From a virus (taxonomy: Duplodnaviria; Caudoviricetes): a DNA stretch of 36,364 nucleotides. The stretch covers positions 1-36,364 of the IMG/VR virus record IMGVR_UViG_3300011423_000019; one strand, written 5' to 3'. Below are positions 8,117 through 16,042 of this stretch, piece after piece (the stretch's first letter is position 1; each line of letters begins with the position of its first letter). The position numbers were made by a program, and so were the translations under genes. The notes below the pieces were generated by a model, which saw only the letters and a program-made list of their open reading frames with translations, searched no databases and was not told where the DNA came from.

Positions 8117-9115
8117 TTACGCGACCTTGGTGATTTCCAACGTGAACCGGCCGCGCGGATCCACGACGGTGTGCTGCTTCTTCAGCGCCTCGGGGAGTTC
8201 GAGGCGCGATTGCTTTCCCCACGTCCCCTGAATCGCGAACGCGCCGGCCACGCCGGATTCGATGCCGCGCAGCCGCGCCTTCGCGTCCTTGTCTAGCCGG
8301 GCGTATTCCTGCCCGGCCACGCGCACGGCCTCGCGCCGCTCCAGCAAGTCCTCGAGTTCGGGATCGGTGAGGACCTGGGTCCCGGCGTGCGCGAGCGGCG
8401 GGTTGCAGTGGCCCCCGTAGAAGGGGCACCGCTGGCACTCGGCGGCATCGCCGACGAGGAAGTCGGGCAGCGTGCCGGCCGCGCGGTGATCGAGCGCGTG
8501 CTCGGCGCGCGTCAAAAAATCCTCCATCCGATCGAGATGCGGATCGAGTTCGACCGGCAGGAGTAGCGGCAGGCCCGAGCGATCGAGCAGCAGGAAGCCG
8601 AACGGCTCGCCCGAGCCATACAGATACGCGAGCAGCTGGTGCGCGCCCGATCGCGTCCACGGACTCTCGAACAGGTCCGCGAAGGTCTCGATGCGATCGA
8701 CCAGCGTCGGCGACCAGGCCTTCACCTCGATCGGCGGGTTAGCGTCCGCGAACTTCAGGCGTGCGTCGACCTTGCCGGAGATCGCGACGCGGCCCTTGCG
8801 ATCGTTCAACGCGAATCGCTGCTGCTGCCCGAAGACCCCGAACGGCGGCTCGGCCTCGCGGCCGATGCGCGTCAGGTCGATGAGCAGATCGCGTTCGCGG
8901 TCATCGCCGCGGCGGAACTTCGCCAGCACGTGGGCCGGGTGCGGCGGCAGCTGGTCGCAATGCGTGAGTTCGAAGACCATGCGGCGCGTGCAGGGCCGCC
9001 ACGCGCTGGCGTAGACCGTGGGGTGCGGGCTCGTCGTACGCCGCTCGCGTTCGAGCACGCGCGCCCAGGTGGCGCCGATCGCGGCGGCGATGTCAGACGG
9101 AGACGCGGTGACCAT
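8117..9115 (-). CDS. Cas4/AddB-like PD-(D/E)xK exonuclease with probable Fe-S cluster
   Basis: N-terminal C (RPCTRR), SGKVD...IEVK, QLLAY, C-terminal CQRCPFYGGHC. Confidence 0.82.
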   Translation of the reverse strand: MVTASPSDIAAAIGATWARVLERERRTTSPHPTVYASAWRPCTRRMVFELTHCDQLPPHPAHVLAKFRRGDDRERDLLIDLTRIGREAEPPFGVFGQQQRFALNDRKGRVAISGKVDARLKFADANPPIEVKAWSPTLVDRIETFADLFESPWTRSGAHQLLAYLYGSGEPFGFLLLDRSGLPLLLPVELDPHLDRMEDFLTRAEHALDHRAAGTLPDFLVGDAAECQRCPFYGGHCNPPLAHAGTQVLTDPELEDLLERREAVRVAGQEYARLDKDAKARLRGIESGVAGAFAIQGTWGKQSRLELPEALKKQHTVVDPRGRFTLEITKVA

Positions 9116-9124
9116 GGCGGCGCC

Positions 9125-10015
9125 TCAGTCGGTATAGAAGTCGTGATCGGCCTGGGCGTGCGCACTGCGCGCGACCTTGCAGTGCGCGCAGATCGGATCC
9201 TCGGCGGCCTGTTTGGCGGCGGCCGCCTGTTGCTCCTTCACCCAGGCGTCGGCCGGGACGATCCACTTCTGCTGCGGATGCTTGGTGTAGTTCGGGCACC
9301 CGTAGAAGGCGCCGCGGGTGCCCTTCGCCGCGCGGTAGGCGCCCGTGGTCTTGCAGTGAGGGCAGACGGGCGGCTGGACATCGGGCACGCCCTCGGCGGC
9401 GGCGCCCAGGCGTTCGGCGCGCGAGCCGAACCCGCGCCCGTGCCGGCAGGCCTCCACCTTTTTCGCCGACCCCTCCCAGGCGCGCGAGAGTTCTTGGACC
9501 GGCACCGACTTCATCCCGGCGAGCTCGCGCGTGATGTTCCCATCGAGGTTGGCGCGCGCGGCCTTGCGCACCGCCAGTTCGAGGTCGGGTCCGGTCTTGT
9601 CCTTGCAAAAATCATCGGTCGAGGATCGGCCGCCCTCCATGCTCTCGACCGCCTGCCGGGTGAACTTGCAGCGCCCGCTGCCGGTGATGACGTAGTGGAA
9701 GGATCCGGCCTCGGTGCCGGCGATGCGCTGCGGCGGCGTGATCTCGAATACTTCGATACCGAACAAATCGCGCACGCGATCGCAGCCGCAGTCTTGCAGG
9801 TAGGCCACGATCTGGCCGCCCTGTTCCTCGGGCGATTTGAACAGCAGCCAGTCTTCCGGGTGCGTCGCGCGGATCGCCGCGACGCGCAGCGTGTGCAGGA
9901 TCGTGGCGCGCGTCTCGATGATCTCCAGCGCCTCGCCCTTCAGCGTCGCGAGTTCGCCGAGAGTGGTCGGCACGTCCGGGCGCCGCAGTTCGAGACTGGC
10001 ATCGTGGTCAGGCAT
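9125..10015 (-). CDS. Probable single-strand annealing protein (Rad52/Sak-like) with C-terminal zinc ribbon
   Basis: Paired with exonuclease; GGRSS...AVRKAARAN; CPHC...GAFYGCPNY ribbon. Confidence 0.6.
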   Translation of the reverse strand: MPDHDASLELRRPDVPTTLGELATLKGEALEIIETRATILHTLRVAAIRATHPEDWLLFKSPEEQGGQIVAYLQDCGCDRVRDLFGIEVFEITPPQRIAGTEAGSFHYVITGSGRCKFTRQAVESMEGGRSSTDDFCKDKTGPDLELAVRKAARANLDGNITRELAGMKSVPVQELSRAWEGSAKKVEACRHGRGFGSRAERLGAAAEGVPDVQPPVCPHCKTTGAYRAAKGTRGAFYGCPNYTKHPQQKWIVPADAWVKEQQAAAAKQAAEDPICAHCKVARSAHAQADHDFYTD

Positions 10016-10259
10016 GGGCGTACTCCGCAGTCGGTTCGAGGTGGTCGAGGACGCGCACGCGCCCCTCGGGGTGCCAGTGCGCGATGAAGCGTTGCTCGGT
10101 GCCTTCGGCATCGAGCGCGTCGAGATAGGTGGTTTCGTTGGCGGTCTTGAACACGAGCCGCACGCCGTCTGGGTCGTCGCCGGCGGCCAGCTGCACTTCG
10201 AAGTGCGGCGCCCGCGCGCAGTAGTAGGTCTGCAGCACGAGTAGCGGCGCGGTGGTCAT
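10008..10259 (-). CDS. Hypothetical protein
   Basis: GAGG RBS; ATGA overlap. Confidence 0.6.
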   Translation of the reverse strand: MTTAPLLVLQTYYCARAPHFEVQLAAGDDPDGVRLVFKTANETTYLDALDAEGTEQRFIAHWHPEGRVRVLDHLEPTAEYAHA

Positions 10260-10684
10260 CGCGCGTCCTCGAGTTCCGCCCGGGCCTGCTGCCCTTCCGG
10301 GCACGGGCAGTAGGCGAACGCGCTGCCCCTCTCGCCGTCGAGGATCCCGCTGTCGCAGCACCGCGCGCAGCGCACGCCCTGGTCGAGCAGGATGCGCGCG
10401 AGGTAGTAATCAATCACCGCGTCGGTGAGTTCCCAGGTGGCCGGCATCACCGACACGATCACCCGCTTGAAGGCCTGATAGATCGCGGGGTGCGGCATGG
10501 CGCCCAGGTGCTCGGCGAGGATCGATCGCGCGGTGTCCGCCGGCCCGCTGCCCTCATATCCCCACTCGAACCCGGTCGGGCTGTGGCGCACGCGGTGCGA
10601 GAGCGGGCGGCCGATCGCGCCGTCGTCGTCGACGACTTCAATCAAACAGACGCCAGTGGCGTCGCGATGCCCGCGGTAGCGCAT
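10256..10684 (-). CDS. DUF6166-like protein with C-terminal zinc finger
   Basis: RHSPTGFEWGYEGSGPADTARSIL; CARC...CPC. Confidence 0.75.
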   Translation of the reverse strand: MRYRGHRDATGVCLIEVVDDDGAIGRPLSHRVRHSPTGFEWGYEGSGPADTARSILAEHLGAMPHPAIYQAFKRVIVSVMPATWELTDAVIDYYLARILLDQGVRCARCCDSGILDGERGSAFAYCPCPEGQQARAELEDAR

Positions 10685-10688
10685 CGAC

Positions 10689-10934
10689 TCAGGCTCGGCG
10701 TTGGGCGCGCGTGGGTGAGCGGCGGCGCCGCGGCGATCGGCGTGCAGGCACCGGGAAGAGTTCATCAGGCGCGAGGTTGAGGGCGCGACTGATGCGAACA
10801 ATCGCCTCGTAACTTGGCCGGCGGATGCGGTGGCCAGTCTCCAGGCGTGAAATGAGCGCGGGATCGACGCCCGCGCGCTCGGCGAGCTCGCATTGCGTTA
10901 AACGCGCAATCTGACGTGCGGTTTTGAGTTCCAT
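10689..10934 (-). CDS. Cro-like XRE HTH regulator
   Basis: LKTARQIARLTQCELAERAGVDPALISRLETG; divergent from repressor, first gene of early operon. Confidence 0.88.
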   Translation of the reverse strand: MELKTARQIARLTQCELAERAGVDPALISRLETGHRIRRPSYEAIVRISRALNLAPDELFPVPARRSPRRRRSPTRAQRRA

Positions 10935-10947
10935 CGGTACCGAAGGT

Positions 10948-10984
10948 GCGCAATCTAGTCACTTGATTGCGCGTTGTCAAGTGA
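10948..10984 (-). promoter_or_regulatory. Sigma70-type early promoter overlapped by two inverted repeats (operators)
   Basis: Minus strand TTGACA(10980-10975)-N17-TAGATT(10957-10952); GCGCAATC-N9-GATTGCGC 10948-10972; TCACTTGA-N10-TCAAGTGA 10959-10984. Confidence 0.8.
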
Positions 10985-11075
10985 TGTGCGATATTCCCTG
11001 TCGAGAATGCTCATGCCATTGCGCACTGCCGCGTTTCTCGTTGCCACTCAGCCGGACGGTCAGAAGAATGGCCGT

Positions 11076-11609
11076 ATGGAACCGGAAGATCTGCCGCAGT
11101 TTGCGGAGCGGTTGGTGGTGGGCGTCGCCAAGCTCCGGATGAAGTTCACACCGTTTTGCCGGCGTGCTGGAATTTCCCCCAACACGCTCCGGGCGCTAAT
11201 GCGCGGCGAGCAAATGCCGGAGGCCGCCACGGTCGCGAAGCTCGCGGCCGCGCTCGGCACGACTCCGAAGGCCCTCACGGAGGGCAAACACGGAATCGAT
11301 CCGAGCGATGACAGGCTCGTGATCTTGAACGACGAGGATCTTGAAGTCGCGCAGGCGTTTCATCACGCGCCGATGCCGGTGCGCCAGGAGGTGCTCGGCG
11401 CGCTACAGCGGCGCGGCCGCCGAGCAGGCGCATCCACCTCCGCTGCCGCCGCCGAGTGGATCGATCGGCTGCTGCGGCTCCCGTCCACGCAGCGGCAGGC
11501 CATCGCCGAATTGATCGCCGAGTTTGAATCCGACCGGGCCGCGTCGACCACGGAGGTCGAGGATCCTGGGCCCACATCCAAACGATCCCAGCGCAAGGTG
11601 GGCACCTGA
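11076..11609 (+). CDS. CI-like XRE repressor without S24 peptidase domain (start uncertain)
   Basis: FCRRAGISPNTLRALMRGEQMPEAATVAKLAAALGTT; divergent from cro. Confidence 0.8.
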   Translation: MEPEDLPQFAERLVVGVAKLRMKFTPFCRRAGISPNTLRALMRGEQMPEAATVAKLAAALGTTPKALTEGKHGIDPSDDRLVILNDEDLEVAQAFHHAPMPVRQEVLGALQRRGRRAGASTSAAAAEWIDRLLRLPSTQRQAIAELIAEFESDRAASTTEVEDPGPTSKRSQRKVGT

Positions 11610-11731
11610 ACCAAAGGCCCCGCCTGGGTTTTCCGCTCTCACGGGTTGAACTGGTTGACCGCCGCGTGGACTTCCCACCGGGTTCGCGCGGGTCGGAGGG
11701 TGAGGGCGACGGGAAAGGGTGGTTGACGTTT

Positions 11732-11983
11732 ATGAGTCGCACGCTCAGATTTCCGCGTCGTTCGTCGTCCCCTCGGCGGCCTGCTGCCAGTGCGCCCCCG
11801 CGCGCGGCCGACGTGCTGCAGAAGATCGAATCCCTCGCCCGCGTCCGACCGGCGGCCCTGAAAGTCCTGGGTCGCATCGCCGACGCGCTGCTCCAACAGC
11901 CCCCACTGGCTCGCACAGGGACCGCGCCGGAACTCGCCCGCGCCGTGTTTCTCCAGGGCCGCCACCCCGCCGATCGCGAATGA
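11732..11983 (+). CDS. Hypothetical protein
   Basis: Stop overlaps next ATG (ATGA). Confidence 0.55.
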   Translation: MSRTLRFPRRSSSPRRPAASAPPRAADVLQKIESLARVRPAALKVLGRIADALLQQPPLARTGTAPELARAVFLQGRHPADRE

Positions 11984-12186
11984 ACTGGTTCGAGAGAACG
12001 CGACAGGAGTGGATCGCCGAGATGCTGCGGGTCTACGGGTTCATCAACCGCAAGCACCTGATGCTGAAGTTCGACATCTCGCAGCCCCAGGCGTCGAAGG
12101 ACCTGCAAACATTCCTGCGCGATCACCCAGGCGCGATGCGCTACGACCTCACGTGGAAGCATTACGAGCGCACGGGGACATCGTGA
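11980..12186 (+). CDS. Stand-alone winged-helix protein resembling the CapW/BrxR N-terminal DNA-binding domain
   Basis: RQEWIAEMLRVYGFINRKHLMLKFDISQPQASKDLQTF...AMRYDLTWKHY. Confidence 0.72.
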   Translation: MNWFERTRQEWIAEMLRVYGFINRKHLMLKFDISQPQASKDLQTFLRDHPGAMRYDLTWKHYERTGTS

Positions 12187-12701
12187 GGGGCCCGAGCTAT
12201 CGGGTGGACACGATCGACGGCCGGCCGCTGATCGTCTGCCTGCTCTGCGATGCGATCAGCCATCACCCGGGCGACGTGACCAACCGCTACTGCGGCCGGT
12301 GTCACGTGTTCCACGAGATGGTCGCCGAGGGCCGGCGCCTCGTCGCGGCGGGCGGCACGCACGAGTGCGAGGAATGGCGCACGTTCCGCGGCCGCTGCGC
12401 CCTCTGCGATCGCGGGGTAGCGACCAAGGCCGGCACCTTCTACGGGCGCGAAACCCGGACGGGCCGGCTCCTCGAGTTGGCGCCCGAGGAAGTCGCGAAA
12501 CTCGCGCGGCCGCCGGACACCGTGATCTGCCGGCGCGTCGCCGACTATGCCGGCGGGCGCGTGCCGGCCGGCGCCGCGATCGGCGCCTGCGCGACGTGCG
12601 GCGCCGCGATCGCCTTCAACCCCGCGAAGTTTCCTGAGCGTCCGCACGTCTGTATGCAGTGCGGCGGCATCGCGCCGCTCCCCTATCCGGAGGGCCGGTG
12701 A
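12183..12701 (+). CDS. Multi-zinc-finger protein
   Basis: CLLC, YCGRCH, HEC, CALC, CATC, CMQC; GTGA overlaps. Confidence 0.7.
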   Translation: MRGPSYRVDTIDGRPLIVCLLCDAISHHPGDVTNRYCGRCHVFHEMVAEGRRLVAAGGTHECEEWRTFRGRCALCDRGVATKAGTFYGRETRTGRLLELAPEEVAKLARPPDTVICRRVADYAGGRVPAGAAIGACATCGAAIAFNPAKFPERPHVCMQCGGIAPLPYPEGR

Positions 12702-13087
12702 GCACGATCTATCCGACCCATTCCTGCTTCGATGACGTGCTCGAACATCAGACCGCGCTCGCCGGGAGCGACCCCGAGGCCTGCGCGCGGCAGCGGATCG
12801 TCCACGGCATCTGTCTGGCGCCGGAGGGCCCGCACGCGGGCGAGCCCTTCGCCCACGCCTGGGTGGAAGACGGGGAACTGCTCTATCAGTCGGGCCTGCT
12901 CGAAGGCGGCGTCAAGGTGTGGTTCGCGGTCGATCGCGCCACGTGGTACGCCGCCCTGCGCGTCCAGGCGGCCACCCACTACACGTTCGAGCAGGCGCAC
13001 GCCCTCAACTGGCAGCATGAACACTACGGGCCGTGGGTGCCCGCCTATCGCGCCCTGTGCGGCCGCGGGGACCGGCGGGTCTTCTGA
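12698..13087 (+). CDS. Putative transglutaminase/papain-like cysteine enzyme
   Basis: HSCFDD...IVHG...FAHAWVEDG (C-H-E triad pattern). Confidence 0.6.
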   Translation: MSTIYPTHSCFDDVLEHQTALAGSDPEACARQRIVHGICLAPEGPHAGEPFAHAWVEDGELLYQSGLLEGGVKVWFAVDRATWYAALRVQAATHYTFEQAHALNWQHEHYGPWVPAYRALCGRGDRRVF

Positions 13088-13365
13088 TGACGCCCGATAC
13101 CGTGGCGGGGATCTGCTTGTGCATCGCGGCCCTTGCGAACCTGGGCGCGTCCCTCCTGTCCGTCCGCCTCTCGCGCCGGGCCCGCCGCGCGGTCGATGAC
13201 ACGTTCTCGATCAAGGAACAGTTCGGGCGCGTGATTGCGTTCGCCGCGTTCTGCACCACGAGGGAGTCCGGCGCGCCGCCGCGGTTGCGCGCGATGGCGC
13301 GCGAGGCGCTGCCGCCGGGCACGACGGTCACGGTGGAACACGACGGCGAGGAACGGGTGCATTGA
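13087..13365 (+). CDS. Small membrane protein
   Basis: N-terminal hydrophobic helix; TGATG coupling. Confidence 0.6.
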   Translation: MTPDTVAGICLCIAALANLGASLLSVRLSRRARRAVDDTFSIKEQFGRVIAFAAFCTTRESGAPPRLRAMAREALPPGTTVTVEHDGEERVH

Positions 13366-13368
13366 CGG

Positions 13369-13650
13369 ATGGCGGTCCTGATACCTGCGAGCGGAGAGCC
13401 GCGCGAAATCTCGCCGGGCAACGGCCGCGAGTTCACGCTCGAAGAACTGCAAGGGATCGTGGGCGGGTATATCGAAGGCCTCCGCGCGCCAGATGGCCGG
13501 TGGCTCTATGTGAACGAAGACGGCCAGCGCCTCGACCTCCCGTACAACCAGGGCGCCACGCTGCTCATGATCTCTCGGCTTCAGTTCGGCGACTTCATCG
13601 TGGGCGACGTGGTGCTCTGCTCCCCCATCGAGGCCGGCGCGGATGCCTGA
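13369..13650 (+). CDS. DUF3846-like protein
   Basis: TLEELQGIVGGYIE...YVNEDG...LPYNQGAT...IVGDVVL. Confidence 0.85.
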   Translation: MAVLIPASGEPREISPGNGREFTLEELQGIVGGYIEGLRAPDGRWLYVNEDGQRLDLPYNQGATLLMISRLQFGDFIVGDVVLCSPIEAGADA

Positions 13651-13897
13651 CCTGCCCACCTATTGCGCGTGGTGCGGCGCCTATCTCCAGGGCGGAGCCA
13701 CGCAGCACGCGCCGGACTGTTGGGTGCCGCTGCTCCCGACGGCATGGCTCAACACCGAGCCGCTCGGCGTGTCGCCGATCGCCGCGCTGCGAAGGGCCAT
13801 GGCGGCCGACTGCGCGTGCCGCACGTGCGGCCACCGCGCCGGCTCGCATATCTGCGGCTCGTGCTTCGAGTGCGGCCGTGAGGGCTGCTGGTCATGA
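13643..13897 (+). CDS. Small Cys/His-rich zinc-finger protein
   Basis: CAWC...HAPDC; CACRTCGH...HICGSCFECGREGC. Confidence 0.6.
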   Translation: MPDLPTYCAWCGAYLQGGATQHAPDCWVPLLPTAWLNTEPLGVSPIAALRRAMAADCACRTCGHRAGSHICGSCFECGREGCWS

Positions 13898-14202
13898 CCG
13901 AGAGGGAGGGTGACGGGATGGCCGACCCAGACGACGCCGCGATCGTGGAACGGATGGCCGACGAACTCCGGCGCGCGCCGATCATGGAGGTCGGCTTCCT
14001 GCCGGCGACGGTGTTCCAACTCGTGGCGCTGGTGCAACTGGCGTTGCGGCATCCCGATCTGTCACCGACCGTGCGCGAGGTCGGCGAGAAGTTCGTCGCC
14101 GCCGCCTGGGCGCACTATGCCGACTGTCCGACCGTCCGCACGATCATCGAGCGGGGGAATGATCCAAGGCAGGATCGGCCGGCGAAGTCTCGGGAATCGT
14201 GA
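13894..14202 (+). CDS. Hypothetical protein
   Basis: ATGA overlap (alternative start 13918 with GGAGG); LVALVQLALRHP. Confidence 0.7.
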   Translation: MTEREGDGMADPDDAAIVERMADELRRAPIMEVGFLPATVFQLVALVQLALRHPDLSPTVREVGEKFVAAAWAHYADCPTVRTIIERGNDPRQDRPAKSRES

Positions 14203-14349
14203 CCGATCGCAACCGAGAGGCGAAAGGTCCGCGTAGGGCAAAAGAGGCGGCCATGTTGACCGAGACCGTATGAACCGAGAAACGGAGAGGAGAGTAAACG
14301 CCCCGCCGGGCGGGCCCCGATCCGGGCGGCGCGTTCATATGGAGGCCCG

Positions 14350-14847
14350 ATGAAACGCTGTCCTTTCTGCGCGGAAGAGATTCAGGACGCGGCGATCGTT
14401 TGCAAACACTGTGGTCGCGACCTCGTTGGGCCAACACAGGTCACCGCCCCTTCTCCCGCAGCCCCGAAGCAGAAATCCGGGACCCGTACGTTAGCCACCC
14501 TTGTTCTGTTAGGGCTCTGTGCGGCCATGGTCTACGGCTTCCTTCGGAGTTGCAGCCAGTCTGGACCGCCTCCGCTGACTGCCGAGCACAGCGGCAAACC
14601 GCCCTCAGCGCACTACACCAAATCAGGCAACTGCAACGGTCCTTCTGTGATGACCCTTCGGTTCGCCCCAGAACCGACCGCGCGTATGTTCCCAGAGGCA
14701 ATCTGGTTAGAAGAATGTCCCGATGGCAAGTACTACATGCGAATGGGTGAAGGCGGCGGCTGGAAAGAGATCACCAAGAAACAGGCTGACAATGTCGCTT
14801 CAGTGCTAAAGAGCGCCGGTCGTCGCATCGTGAGACTCGTAGATTAG
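14350..14847 (+). CDS. Zinc-ribbon plus single-TM membrane protein (moron-like)
   Basis: GGAGG RBS; [22 protein letters not shown]; [20 protein letters not shown]; visibly lower GC. Confidence 0.8.
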   Translation: MKRCPFCAEEIQDAAIVCKHCGRDLVGPTQVTAPSPAAPKQKSGTRTLATLVLLGLCAAMVYGFLRSCSQSGPPPLTAEHSGKPPSAHYTKSGNCNGPSVMTLRFAPEPTARMFPEAIWLEECPDGKYYMRMGEGGGWKEITKKQADNVASVLKSAGRRIVRLVD

Positions 14848-14850
14848 CCT

Positions 14851-15141
14851 CTAAGGATCGGCCGCCTCGGGCGTCGTGATCGGCGGCTGGTCCTCCCGGC
14901 GGCGGGCGCTGCCGCCGGTGTGCAGCGTGGAGCCGAGGTAGGTGGCGACGGCGCCGGCCATGGCGCCGCCGAGGGTGGCGAGCAGGTCTGCTCCGTGATC
15001 GGTGATCGGCCCGCCTCGCAGCGACACAATCAAGAGCGCCCCCGCCCACCCGAGGCCGAGCCCGCACGCGATCACGAACGCACTGCGCCCGGCCCACTCG
15101 CGCGCCTCGGTGCGGCGGCGAATCTGGACGAGGGCGGTCAC
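14851..15141 (-). CDS. Holin-like two-TM protein
   Basis: Two hydrophobic segments with charged C-tail; last gene of tail operon. Confidence 0.55.
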   Translation of the reverse strand: MTALVQIRRRTEAREWAGRSAFVIACGLGLGWAGALLIVSLRGGPITDHGADLLATLGGAMAGAVATYLGSTLHTGGSARRREDQPPITTPEAADP

Positions 15142-15200
15142 ACGCCGGTCCCGAGCAGTTGCTTGATCCACGCGCTCCCGAGCGGATAGGTCAGCACGGC
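15138..15200 (-). pseudogene. Remnant or mini-ORF duplicating the C-terminus of the upstream gene
   Basis: Encodes AVLTYPLGSAWIKQLLGTGV* versus upstream ...ASTWIKQLLGTGVGVV*. Confidence 0.7.
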
Positions 15201-15482
15201 TCAAACCACCCCGACGCCCGTCCCCAGGAGCTGCTTGATCCACGTGGACGCCTGGAGTAGCCCGGCGATGGCGGGCAGGTCGCCCACGAAGAACCCCTTG
15301 ATCGCGTTGATCTCGTCCTGGCTGAGACCCATGACAATCAGATCCGCATCGGGCCACGACTCCAGTTGCACGCGGAACTCGCCCCCTTGCGAGACCGCGT
15401 CCCGCAGCTTGGTCGCGAGCGCGCCCGCGCTCTGATGGATGTCCTCGGCGGTGAACTGCTTGCCTGCTTGTACGACGGCCAT
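15201..15482 (-). CDS. Hypothetical protein downstream of receptor-binding protein
   Basis: GGGGAG RBS; 93 aa. Confidence 0.75.
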   Translation of the reverse strand: MAVVQAGKQFTAEDIHQSAGALATKLRDAVSQGGEFRVQLESWPDADLIVMGLSQDEINAIKGFFVGDLPAIAGLLQASTWIKQLLGTGVGVV

Positions 15483-15493
15483 CGCTCCCCCTT

Positions 15494-16042
15494 CTAGACT
15501 TTTACAATGCCGAATCGGCTGTCCGCCATCACCGTCGTCGCCACGTCGTTGTTGACCAATAGGGTCAAGGTATCCAACGCGCTACACCGCAGAATGCCGG
15601 TCATGGTCAGGGTCGCCCCGACGCCCGCCGCGGCCGAACTGGCGACAAACATTTGGTACTTGTTCACGGCGTTGTGTTGCAGGAGCGCGCCGCTATACCC
15701 GCCCGCCCGCGCCGCGAACGTCACGAAGTAGCTGACGAGATACAACCCGCCCGCGCCCGACGGAATCTTGAACTGCGACGCGCCGAGCACGTAGGCGGGC
15801 GTGCCGTTGAAATCCACCCCGGCAAAGTTCGGAATGACGAACCCGGAGCCCACCGCCTGGTTCGCGGTCGCGTAGACCTGCCCGCCGTTCGACAGGCCGC
15901 TGACCGACGTATCGATCCGCGCAATCTCCACATCGACGGAATCGAGCAAGTTTTTGATGTCGTCTTTGCCCCACACGGTGCCGACCGTGTCCGTCCCGTC
16001 GTCATCGACGAGCGCGGTGTACCACGCGCGATTGAGTGCCAT
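15494..16042 (-). CDS. Tail fibre/receptor-binding protein with C1q/TNF-like beta-sandwich head
   Basis: FKIPSGAGGLYLVSYFVTF...ILRCSALDTLTLLV; follows tail tip; lower GC. Confidence 0.65.
   Translation of the reverse strand: MALNRAWYTALVDDDGTDTVGTVWGKDDIKNLLDSVDVEIARIDTSVSGLSNGGQVYATANQAVGSGFVIPNFAGVDFNGTPAYVLGASQFKIPSGAGGLYLVSYFVTFAARAGGYSGALLQHNAVNKYQMFVASSAAAGVGATLTMTGILRCSALDTLTLLVNNDVATTVMADSRFGIVKV

Noticed and set aside
14203-14345. Riboswitch or ribozyme in leader
   Set aside because: No recognisable conserved core by eye; an Rfam/Infernal scan would be needed
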